This document shows, in pieces, positions 16,803 through 25,331 of a stretch of DNA of 64,000 nt. Numbering within the stretch: position 1 is the stretch's first letter; each line of letters begins with the position of its first letter. The notes below the pieces were generated by a model, which did no database searches, was not told where the DNA came from, and was given only the letters and a program-made list of their open reading frames with translations. Position numbers and translations under genes: made by a program. Origin of the DNA: Spirochaetota bacterium (GTDB taxonomy: Bacteria > Spirochaetota > UBA4802 > UBA5550); the NCBI GenBank assembly GCA_025457915.1, contig JALOTL010000017.1, positions 4,718 to 68,717 on the forward strand, written 5' to 3'.

Positions 16803-19424
16803 ATGAAAAAAACCGCGCTGCTTGTTTTTTTAACGGCGATAATATCAGCCGCCGCCTATTCCGACTCCCTCGTCGAGAACAAGGGGCAGTGGTGGAAAAT
16901 AAGACTGCAGAAACTCACCGAAGAAAAAAAATCCCTGTCGGCCGTAAAACCGGCATTCGCGCCGGAGGTCCTGGCCGCTGTTGACTTCGAGATCGCTGAA
17001 ACGGAAGCTATAATACCAATTTATGAAGCGTATAAAACCGACAGGGGTTCCCTGACGGATGAAACCAGGGAATTTTCAGAAAATGAAACGGCCTCGATAA
17101 CGGACGGGATATTCGTTCCGATGTTCAACCTTTATTACCTGGACTCGGTGCTTTCGGATATCAACGGCGCGGCCGGGGTCGAGAAGGCGAAAAAGACGGC
17201 CGTTGAAAAAATCGCCTCCATGCTTTCCTCAAGGTTCGGAAGGGAATGGGCGGGACTGTCGGCCACGATAGCCGCGGAAGACATCACGCAGAACGAATGG
17301 AAAAACATGGGAGCGGAGCTGTTTATTTCCGCGGCCGCAGACGGATCATCCGCGGCCATGAAAATAAACAGGGGCATTGTCCTTTCCGCGGTCCGCGGAA
17401 AGGCCTGCTCGCGGACGAACATGAAGGACCTCGCCTCTCTCGCTGAAAAGACCGCCGCCGAACACCTGAAAAACAGGGACCTGGCATCAGACATCCCGTC
17501 GGGGGCCGGCAAAATCGAAGAATCCGGCACCTGGATGTCAGTCGAGGCCCGGCTGAAGAAGGATATGGACAACTACGGAAAAATAATGGGCATGCTTGAC
17601 GGCCCGGACAGGTCGAGCCCCAGGTGGGTGAGATATTACAGCTCCCGGCTCAATGAACTGGAATCAGCGGTCTTCAACGGGCGCCACGGGAGCTATCTCT
17701 ATGACGGCGGCCCGGGTGAAACCTACGACCCTTCAAAAAACAAGGCGGCAAGCGTGATGACCATACCGGAATCGCCTGACTTCGATACCGCCCTTTCCGA
17801 GATCGACAGGACCAGGAAGGCTATCATTCATTCTACAAACGGGTCCGAGGAGGCAGGGTTCTTCAAAGAGGCCGAAACGAAATTCAGCAATATCATTTCC
17901 AGGCACACCGGAGCGGCAAAGGACGCGTTCGATTCCGAAGAAAGAAAGACGCTTGAGTCCGGCGGAACGGACAGGGCCGCCAACGCCGGGCAGTTCGCGG
18001 AATCGAAGCGAACCTTTGAAAAAAGGACCGGTCTTCTCGGGAATTACGTGAAAAAGAACATGGAATTTATCAGGTGGCTGTCATCTGCCAGGAAAACCGA
18101 TCCGGAAGGCGTAAAGGCCCTGTACTCCGCCAGGACGGCAAGGGCGGATTCGTGCGTGAAATTCATTGCAGGGCTTTTCAAGTCCGCGTCGTCCGCGGTC
18201 TCGCCGGGGCTCCAGGCCGTTAAAAAAATGGAAACGGCCCTCAGGAAAACCGATTCCTTTTTCAGGCTCATGGCCGCCGGTGCTGAAATCGACAAGAGTC
18301 TGCCGAAACAGCTCGGGCCGAGAAGGGTAAGGGAGATGAGGGAGATGAAGGCGGCGCTCCTGAACGGGCTCAAGATCGCCAGGATGGACATGCGCAGGCA
18401 CCTGTCCGAGCTTGAATCCAGATACGGGTCGCTGGCAAAATCATCGAAGGAATCATACTCATCCCTCAGGGAAAAAATCATCCAGAACGAGATCGATGCC
18501 CTTTATAAAATAGCCTCGAATTATTCCAGGGTCTACGGCTCCCTCAATTACGCAGAGGACGCGCTCATGCTTTATTTCGACAGGTTCAATTCCCTGAAAC
18601 ACGCGGCTGAAACGGGCGCGGCGTCCGCCGATCTCGACAATGCGGTAAAAAAAGGTTCCGTGCTCCAGGCCATAGGCGGGTTCGACAGGAACAGGATCCA
18701 GAGAGAAAGGCAAGCGAAGGAATTCCTGGCGAGGGAAACAAAGGCGTCCCACGCGAGGCTGGTATCGGCTGCGGCCGGCTGCAGGAAAGGGCCCGCGCAT
18801 CCGAAAGACCTCCCGACGAAAGAGGAATTCGATTCGCTGACCGCTCCGCTGAAAAGAACATTCGTCGTGAGGATAGCCTCCTGGAGGATGTGCGAGTCCA
18901 ACCTGGAAGAAATCGACAGGAAGGCCGCGAAGCTTCTGGCTGACACGGTCCACAGGAAGGCCTGGGCCGGGGACAGGAACGGGACGAGGGACAGGACCTC
19001 CCCGGGGGGAATGGTCATACGGCTTTCCGATCCGGCCGTGACGTTCGAGCTCCCCGCGGGGCTCACGGAGGGAACCGTAACGGACCTGGACAGGGAGAGC
19101 GGCGTGGTGAAATCATTCGCGAGCAGGGACAGGGAATCGGTGGTCAGCCTCATATTGGTTAAAACCGCGAAACCTGACCCGAAGCTTGCGATGGAAAGCT
19201 GGATGAAGAAGAAGGGCGTAAAGGCCGTCAAGGAACGATGGGGAAAAAACGACGGCAGGGAGTATTTCTGGACCATATCAAGGGACGGCGACAAAAACAT
19301 CCTGGAGACCTATTCCTTTCCCGGCAGCGGTTGGGCGATAATCGTCGCCGGAAAAACAACCAGGGAAAAATATTCCCTCTTCAGGGAAAAGCTGGACGCG
19401 ATAGCCGGTTCGCTGAAGAACTGA
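16803..19424 (+). CDS. Large secreted/periplasmic protein of unknown function (873 aa)
   Basis: It has an N-terminal signal peptide (MKKTALLVFLTAIISAAAYS), is predicted mostly alpha-helical and is rich in Ala/Lys/Glu. No known motif was recognised. Codon usage matches the host. Confidence 0.5.
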   Translation: MKKTALLVFLTAIISAAAYSDSLVENKGQWWKIRLQKLTEEKKSLSAVKPAFAPEVLAAVDFEIAETEAIIPIYEAYKTDRGSLTDETREFSENETASITDGIFVPMFNLYYLDSVLSDINGAAGVEKAKKTAVEKIASMLSSRFGREWAGLSATIAAEDITQNEWKNMGAELFISAAADGSSAAMKINRGIVLSAVRGKACSRTNMKDLASLAEKTAAEHLKNRDLASDIPSGAGKIEESGTWMSVEARLKKDMDNYGKIMGMLDGPDRSSPRWVRYYSSRLNELESAVFNGRHGSYLYDGGPGETYDPSKNKAASVMTIPESPDFDTALSEIDRTRKAIIHSTNGSEEAGFFKEAETKFSNIISRHTGAAKDAFDSEERKTLESGGTDRAANAGQFAESKRTFEKRTGLLGNYVKKNMEFIRWLSSARKTDPEGVKALYSARTARADSCVKFIAGLFKSASSAVSPGLQAVKKMETALRKTDSFFRLMAAGAEIDKSLPKQLGPRRVREMREMKAALLNGLKIARMDMRRHLSELESRYGSLAKSSKESYSSLREKIIQNEIDALYKIASNYSRVYGSLNYAEDALMLYFDRFNSLKHAAETGAASADLDNAVKKGSVLQAIGGFDRNRIQRERQAKEFLARETKASHARLVSAAAGCRKGPAHPKDLPTKEEFDSLTAPLKRTFVVRIASWRMCESNLEEIDRKAAKLLADTVHRKAWAGDRNGTRDRTSPGGMVIRLSDPAVTFELPAGLTEGTVTDLDRESGVVKSFASRDRESVVSLILVKTAKPDPKLAMESWMKKKGVKAVKERWGKNDGREYFWTISRDGDKNILETYSFPGSGWAIIVAGKTTREKYSLFREKLDAIAGSLKN

Positions 19425-19433
19425 CCGGACCGG

Positions 19434-20135
19434 TCACCCGAGAAAGCGGCCCCAGTTCCCGGTCAGGGTCTCGTATTCAAGGCCGCGTCTTACAATGGCC
19501 ATGAAATCGCTCCTCGAAATCTCGGCCGCTCCAAGGCTCTCAAGGTGTCCGGTATGAACCTGGCAGTCGATCATGATGAATCCCATTTCGCGGAGCCTTC
19601 CCGCGAGGGTTATGAAGGCGGCCTTGGACGCGTTCGACTCCCTCGTGAACATCGACTCTCCGAAAAAGCACTTTCCGAGCGATATGCCGTACAGTCCGCC
19701 CGCCAGTTTGCCGTCCCTCCATGCCTCGACCGAGTGGGCGTATCCCAGTCCGTGCAGCACCCTGTAGGCCCCGGACATCTCGTCCGTTATCCATGTGCCC
19801 CTCTGCTTCTTCCTCGGTTTCCTGCATCCCTCGATGACTTCGCTGAAGGCCCGGTCGAACGTGATGCTGAAGGTATTCCTGGACAGGACCTGCTTCATCG
19901 ACCTTGACACCCTCAGCTCGTCCGGAAACAGGACGAACCTCGGGTCCGGCGACCACCAGATGATCGGATCGCCGTCGGAATACCACGGGAAGATCCCGTT
20001 CCTGTACGCCTCGATCAGCCTTTCCGGGGAGAGATCGCCGCCTACGGCCAGGATGCCGCTCTGATCGGCCAGCTCTACCGGGGGAAACTTGATATCATCG
20101 TTAAGTTCAAATACCGGCATGGGTGATAAATCCAA
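19434..20135 (-). CDS. aat: Leucyl/phenylalanyl-tRNA--protein transferase
   Basis: The characteristic FPWYSDGDPIIWWSPDPR and GGLYGISLG motifs are present. A probable start MPVFEL lies at 20120. Confidence 0.8.
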   Translation of the reverse strand: MDLSPMPVFELNDDIKFPPVELADQSGILAVGGDLSPERLIEAYRNGIFPWYSDGDPIIWWSPDPRFVLFPDELRVSRSMKQVLSRNTFSITFDRAFSEVIEGCRKPRKKQRGTWITDEMSGAYRVLHGLGYAHSVEAWRDGKLAGGLYGISLGKCFFGESMFTRESNASKAAFITLAGRLREMGFIMIDCQVHTGHLESLGAAEISRSDFMAIVRRGLEYETLTGNWGRFLG

Positions 20136-20294
20136 TTATGGGATACTGCATTATACTGATATGAAAAGGCGTGTCAATAATAGAAAGTAGCTTTTAGATG
20201 TCTTTCCGGGTACGATAATTAAAAACCCTGTAATTGACCCCGGCATGCAGCGACAGACCGGGGCCTTTAATAATCAAGCCTGATTTATTTTTTT

Positions 20295-20521
20295 TTATGG
20301 GAACCTCTATAAATCAGATTTTTCATTATAAAACCGCTGAAAAAATCTGATGGGTGATCACAAAAACTACCGTTTTTGTGCCTACCATAGGGCGCCAGTA
20401 TTGAAAAAACCGGTTTTTTTGTTTGTTTTAAAATGAAAAAGCTGGTTTTTGTGACTGCCCTAATTTAAACATTGAAAGTGCCCACAAGGGAACTCATGAT
20501 TTGATTATTAGAGGCTTCCTT
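20295..20521 (+). repeat. MITE-like structured intergenic repeat, copy A (with a roughly 115 bp internal insertion)
   Basis: The left end TTATGGGAACCTCTATAAATCAGAT and the right end TGATTTGATTATTAGAGGCTTCC are inverted. It shares TTTTTCATTATAAAACCnCTGAAAAAA and TAATTTAAACATTGAAAGTGCCCACAAGGGAAC almost verbatim with the copy at 63541-63657. Confidence 0.7.
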
Positions 20522-20626
20522 TTAAAGCAAACTGCTGTTTGAATGATCGGGATAATTAATAAAAACATGAATCACATGAGGTCTGCCGATTAATTATCTT
20601 TTAATTTTTCAAAAAAAAAGCTTGAA

Positions 20627-20667
20627 CTATTCCTTGATTAGTCAATATTTGACTTATCAAGGAATAG
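20627..20667 (+). promoter_or_regulatory. Nested perfect palindrome, candidate MarR autoregulatory operator
   Basis: CTATTCCTTGAT TAGTCAATATTTGACT TATCAAGGAATAG forms a 12-bp perfect outer arm around an inner AGTCAA/TTGACT palindrome. It ends 16 nt before the marR start codon. Confidence 0.55.
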
Positions 20668-20682
20668 GAGCATTCAAACCGC

Positions 20683-21102
20683 ATGGATGACAGGCTGCTT
20701 TTTCTCATGTCAAAGGCCCAGTATGTATTAAAAAATTATCTTAAAAAGGAATTTAAATCCGGCGGCATTGAACTGTCCGCCGCGCAGATAGGGATACTCT
20801 TCGCTTTAAAAAATAAAAACGGACAGTCAATGAACGAACTGGGCCGTATCATTTCCATCGATAACGCCGCAATCACGCGGCATGTCGACGCGCTTGAACG
20901 GGAGGGCTCTGTTAAACGCCTTCCCGACAGGAACGACCGGAGGAAAAATCTTGTCATCATAACGCGCAAGGGACTGGCGGAGGCTGAAAAATCCGCGGTC
21001 ATCGCCAGGCGGGTCAACGAAATGATCAAGGAAGGTTTTAGTGAAGATGAAATCAACGTTTTTAAGGCGGTATTCAACAGTTTTTTAAAAAAATTTATTT
21101 AA
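20683..21102 (+). CDS. MarR-family transcriptional regulator
   Basis: It is 139 aa with the winged-helix region SAAQIGILFALKN...MNELGRIISIDNAAITRHVDALEREG. Confidence 0.8.
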   Translation: MDDRLLFLMSKAQYVLKNYLKKEFKSGGIELSAAQIGILFALKNKNGQSMNELGRIISIDNAAITRHVDALEREGSVKRLPDRNDRRKNLVIITRKGLAEAEKSAVIARRVNEMIKEGFSEDEINVFKAVFNSFLKKFI

Positions 21103-21125
21103 CATGGATCTCCGGAGGTTAATCA

Positions 21126-21584
21126 ATGAGTAGAGCATTATCATCCTACAATGTCCTGAACCGGCTTCCTTTCGGAAAATTTTTATTTTCAAAAGCGGTA
21201 TGCTTTACCGCACCGTATTTCAGATCGATCAAACCGCGTTTCGTGGAACTGAAACCCGGCTACTGCGAAATAAAAATGAAAAAGCGCAGGGCCGTATTGA
21301 ACCATCTGAAAAGCGTGCACGCGATCGCCATGTGCAATCTCTGCGAACTTGCCGGCGGCACCGCGCTTGACGTTACAATCCCCGGACACATGCGCTGGAT
21401 CCCGCGCGGCATGCAGGTAAAATACCTGAAAATGGCCAAAACGGACCTGATGGGGACCTGTACAATACGGAACGATGAAGTGCAAAAACCGGGATCGGTT
21501 CCGGTAACCGTGCATGTCACGGACAGGAACGGCATAGAGGTAATGACCGCGGTCATCGATATGCACATCACCGAACGTAAATGA
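21126..21584 (+). CDS. Hotdog-fold thioesterase-like protein (PaaI/YiiD-C-like; DUF4442-type)
   Basis: It is 152 aa with the pattern HAIAMCNLCELAGG typical of the hotdog thioesterase superfamily. The family assignment is from memory. Confidence 0.45.
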   Translation: MSRALSSYNVLNRLPFGKFLFSKAVCFTAPYFRSIKPRFVELKPGYCEIKMKKRRAVLNHLKSVHAIAMCNLCELAGGTALDVTIPGHMRWIPRGMQVKYLKMAKTDLMGTCTIRNDEVQKPGSVPVTVHVTDRNGIEVMTAVIDMHITERK

Positions 21585-21843
21585 TCAGATGATGCTTATT
21601 ATATCATGGCCCGTCGTTATCTTTCCATTTCTTAAAATAATATGACCGCCGGCGCCCTGATTCATTGATGCCGTCGAGGCCATGGAAAGCAAAACCGGAC
21701 CGGATTTCTATTTGACATAATATTACCGTACTGTAACAAGTTCATAAAGGGTACCGCAGGGAAGACTCCCTGAACAGAAGCGCGGCGTTTTCATTCTGCG
21801 GGTTATATTTTATACGATTAAAGATTAACGGAGCCTGTGATAT

Positions 21844-22395
21844 ATGAAAATCCTTATTCTAAACGGCAATCCCGATGCGGGCGACAGGGTCCTTGAAGGC
21901 TATATGGCCGCGCTAAAAGAGCGGCTTGATGAATCCGGTCATCAAACCGATCTTGTCAGCCTGCGCGAAAAAAAAATCAGGCCCTGCACCGGGTGTTTCG
22001 GCTGCTGGATTAAAACGCCGGGCACCTGCATCATACCCGACGACGCGATCGGCATTGCCGGGAAATACATTTCGTCCGACATGGTGATACTGGCGTCGCC
22101 CATGGTGAACGGTTATTTTTCATCCATGCTGAAGAACGCTATAGACAGGAATATCCCGGTCATGCATCCCCACCTCGAGGAGGTGGACGGCGAAGTGCAC
22201 CACCTGAAGAGGTACGACAGCTACCCTGACATCGGCATCCTACTCAAGCCCGAACAGTCCACGGATGAAGAGGATATCGAGATCGCGAAAGACCTGTTCA
22301 GGCGCATGAGCATAAACATGAGGACAAATCTGAGGTTCATAGAATTCACGGACAGACCTGCTGCGGAGGTTGCGGATGCAGTTGACATTCATTAA
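21844..22395 (+). CDS. NADPH-dependent FMN reductase family flavoprotein with a Cys cluster (iron-sulfur-flavoprotein-like)
   Basis: MKILILNGNPD is a flavodoxin-like start, and CTGCFGCWIKTPGTC is as in Isf-type proteins. Confidence 0.7.
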   Translation: MKILILNGNPDAGDRVLEGYMAALKERLDESGHQTDLVSLREKKIRPCTGCFGCWIKTPGTCIIPDDAIGIAGKYISSDMVILASPMVNGYFSSMLKNAIDRNIPVMHPHLEEVDGEVHHLKRYDSYPDIGILLKPEQSTDEEDIEIAKDLFRRMSINMRTNLRFIEFTDRPAAEVADAVDIH

Positions 22396-23032
22396 CGGCT
22401 CCCCCAGGGGGGAAAAGGGCAATACGGCAAAACTGATGGACAATTTCGTGAAAGGGTTCCTCGAGACGCCCGGCAACAAATGCGCGGTGGAATACATCGT
22501 GAAACACAGGAAAAACCCGTCCGTTCTGAAAGAGATATTCTACGGATCCGAAAACGTGATAATCGGGTTTCCGCTTTACGCGGACGCCATGCCCGGCAGC
22601 GTCAAGGAATTCCTTGACGCAATAATTCCCGCACCAGCCGGAGCAAAAATACCCTCACTGGGATTCATGTCTCAGTGCGGATTTCCCGAGACGGGGCACC
22701 TGAGGTATGTCGAGCGCTATCTCGAAAAATTCACGAAACGGCTCGGCGCGGATTATCTCGGCTCCATCATGAAGGGCGGCGGCGAGGGCCTGCACATGCA
22801 GCCGAAGTTCCTCGTGGAAAAATTCTTCAACGGCCTGCACTTTCTCGGCAAAAAATTCGGGGAGACCGGCAAGCTCGACCGGGACGACCTGGACCGGTTC
22901 GCGCGGCCCGAGCACCTTACGCCGGAACAGATCAACGGCATTATCCCCTTCATCAACAAGGCATTGTGGGACGAATGGATGAAGGAAAACGGCGCTCTCG
23001 AAAAAAGCTTCGACAGACCGTATAAAAAATAG
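22370..23032 (+). CDS. NADPH-dependent FMN reductase family flavoprotein
   Basis: LTFINGSPRGEKGNTAKL and GFPLYADAMPG are flavodoxin-like-fold signatures. It overlaps the upstream gene by about 26 nt. Confidence 0.7.
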   Translation: MRMQLTFINGSPRGEKGNTAKLMDNFVKGFLETPGNKCAVEYIVKHRKNPSVLKEIFYGSENVIIGFPLYADAMPGSVKEFLDAIIPAPAGAKIPSLGFMSQCGFPETGHLRYVERYLEKFTKRLGADYLGSIMKGGGEGLHMQPKFLVEKFFNGLHFLGKKFGETGKLDRDDLDRFARPEHLTPEQINGIIPFINKALWDEWMKENGALEKSFDRPYKK

Positions 23033-23139
23033 AATTATCGCCGGATACACGAAGAGGATCTTCTGCATCAGTCACGGGCCACGCAACCGGTAACGGCGCG
23101 CCTTCAATAACCGCGACGAATCCAGTGAATTGCATCACC

Positions 23140-23562
23140 TCATTTTATGATCCATATATTGTGGCCGCAATATTTGCATTTCGTCAGATAGACGTGCGTC
23201 TCCGACCGCCTGAAGTAATTGTCCCCGAATTCCGACCCCTGATAATGATCAAACAGCTCACGTTTGCCTTTCGGGAAAAACCGGCGGCAGGTCGGACAGC
23301 GGAGGGACGTGATCAGGGATTTGATCAATATCAATAATAAAAGAAAGGCCCAGAATATTCCGACAATAACCAAATACCTGACATGGTAGTTCTTTGCGAC
23401 CTCAATAATGACAATCCATATTATGGCCTGAACGGTAAACAATCCCAGGAATATCAGGGAATATTTGAACGCCCTCAGGCCCCTCTTCACCTTGAGATCC
23501 ATAGCCGCGTCGTATTCAGCGCGCAGCATGTCCCTTCTGCTCATATTGTTTTTGTCAGACAT
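23140..23562 (-). CDS. Small membrane protein with a C-terminal zinc ribbon (paralog family member 1)
   Basis: Two TM helices are followed by LRCPTCRRFFPKGK...THVYLTKCKYCGHNIWIIK (CPxC...CxxC). Confidence 0.5.
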   Translation of the reverse strand: MSDKNNMSRRDMLRAEYDAAMDLKVKRGLRAFKYSLIFLGLFTVQAIIWIVIIEVAKNYHVRYLVIVGIFWAFLLLLILIKSLITSLRCPTCRRFFPKGKRELFDHYQGSEFGDNYFRRSETHVYLTKCKYCGHNIWIIK

Positions 23563-23608
23563 GTTTTACTCCATGATGGATATTTTCAACCGATGCCGAT
23601 AGACGCCT

Positions 23609-24076
23609 TTATTTTAAAACCCATATGATATGACCGCAATATTTGCATTCCGTCCAATAGACATGCGTGGTTGATGATCTGAAATAAGAATCTCCACCGC
23701 TGCTGATACCGATGTCAGTGCCTTCATAAGAGGTATATTTTTCCAGTTTACCCTTTGGGAAGAACCGCCGGCATTTCGGACAGCGGAGGGACTTAAATAC
23801 TCCGGCCCCGGTTAAAACAAATAAAACAATAAATATGACGGTCATGACAAGGGACGGCAGTAAAGCATGAGACGCGAAAGAGTGGACCCGCAATCCTGCG
23901 ATTTTAATGAAAGACTCCTGGGCGAATATATAAAGAACAATATTTATTGTTATCAATATGAAAGAAAGGAACAATGAGCGCATTACCCCGCCCATCTGTT
24001 TTTGATCATTTTCAGCCATTTCCTCCATCGCCCTGCGATAATCCTCAAAAGATACTTTTGTTTTATTATCCGGCAT
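23609..24076 (-). CDS. Small membrane protein with a C-terminal zinc ribbon (paralog family member 2)
   Basis: Two TM helices are followed by LRCPKCRRFFPKGK...THVYWTECKYCGHIIWVLK. It is near-identical to member 1 in the ribbon. Confidence 0.5.
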   Translation of the reverse strand: MPDNKTKVSFEDYRRAMEEMAENDQKQMGGVMRSLFLSFILITINIVLYIFAQESFIKIAGLRVHSFASHALLPSLVMTVIFIVLFVLTGAGVFKSLRCPKCRRFFPKGKLEKYTSYEGTDIGISSGGDSYFRSSTTHVYWTECKYCGHIIWVLK

Positions 24077-24251
24077 CGTTTGCTCCTTTGTTTTATGTAA
24101 TTACTTATTTTAAAATCATTTATTCAGCACAATAAGTTATACATGTTTTGAAATGCGGTTTATACTGTAAAAATCAGGCACGCCGCTTCATATCAGGGCC
24201 AGGCGGCACAATGGGCCTGATGTTAAGCAACCGCGATCATAAAAAGGCATT

Positions 24252-24851
24252 TCAGCGCGCCCATGTTTTCAAACAATAGCGGCAGCGGTAAGTGCGGCGG
24301 AACACTCCGTATTCCTCCTTTACAACTGCCACGCCGCCGTAAATGGTGTTCACGAGCATCGGAGAAGTCGCCGTACCCGTCCGCTCTACCAGTATGAGCT
24401 GGGCGGCGAACAATTTACGGCAATGGGGACATTTATAAAACCGATACGTAAAAACAAGCGCAGCCGCGATAAGCGCCCCGATCACGCTCCAGCCCAGTAC
24501 AAGATTCACGATTGAGAGAAACATTATGCCGAAACTTCCGATCAACATGTAGACAAGGATGGCCCCGATGGTCTGGTGCGTGCGCAGGAAAAAGGTCGAC
24601 CATTCGTTTTTGTGGCCGCTCAATATCGAACGCAGAACGGCGATGCATACGAGGATGACCATTACACCGGGCAAAAGCGCCATCGCGGCCTTTGCCGAAG
24701 CGTTTGGATCCGGAAACGCCGTCATGCAGGGCAATAGCGACAGGCCGAGCAGCAGCAATCCTCCTATGGCGCCGAACACGTAACCCACCACACGGAACAC
24801 CGGGTCGTTGACTTCCGTCTTCATTTCATAGCCTGATTGTTGAGTTCCCAT
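24252..24851 (-). CDS. Membrane protein with a C-terminal zinc ribbon (divergent paralog, member 3)
   Basis: Four TM helices are followed by YKCPHCRKLF...TYRCRYCLKTW. Confidence 0.45.
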   Translation of the reverse strand: MGTQQSGYEMKTEVNDPVFRVVGYVFGAIGGLLLLGLSLLPCMTAFPDPNASAKAAMALLPGVMVILVCIAVLRSILSGHKNEWSTFFLRTHQTIGAILVYMLIGSFGIMFLSIVNLVLGWSVIGALIAAALVFTYRFYKCPHCRKLFAAQLILVERTGTATSPMLVNTIYGGVAVVKEEYGVFRRTYRCRYCLKTWAR

Positions 24852-25331
24852 ATTCCGGCCATCATCCTCCTTTAAGTTTAATTTTTTTTATCAATTTGTT
24901 TCTTCATCAACTTCACGCAAAAGCCGCAAATGCAATGAAAAACATGACAGGTCCTTTTTCACTTAACGTCGCAGGCGCAAGAGACGCCAGCCGCAGAGAG
25001 CCGCTTAAACACATGAACATGTTCAAGCGTTATCCGGATAATTGATAACAAGCAAAATATAATATGTTTCTCCTCGATTGATTGCTATGAAATAAAGATT
25101 TTATGGTGCTCAGGCAAGGATGTCAAATTAATATTGACTAAATATGGTATTTATACCCAAAAGAGAGGCACACAGGCATGGATTAATTTTAAGCAGTCGA
25201 TAACTGATCAATGTTTTTCACGGAGGTTTTTTGTTTAATATATTCTGACCTCGTTGACAATTCTCCGTACTTCCGAAACCATCTCTGCACGGAAAATTCA
25301 ATGAGCAGCAAAAATAAACAAGTACAATACC

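Noticed and set aside
19422-19436. A 15-bp perfect palindrome TGACCGGACCGGTCA that uses the stop codons of both convergent genes (16803..19424 + and aat -)
   Set aside because: With a 1-nt loop it cannot form a stable hairpin terminator, and no T-run follows. It is probably a coincidence of two TGA stops around CCGG. I noted it only as a curiosity.
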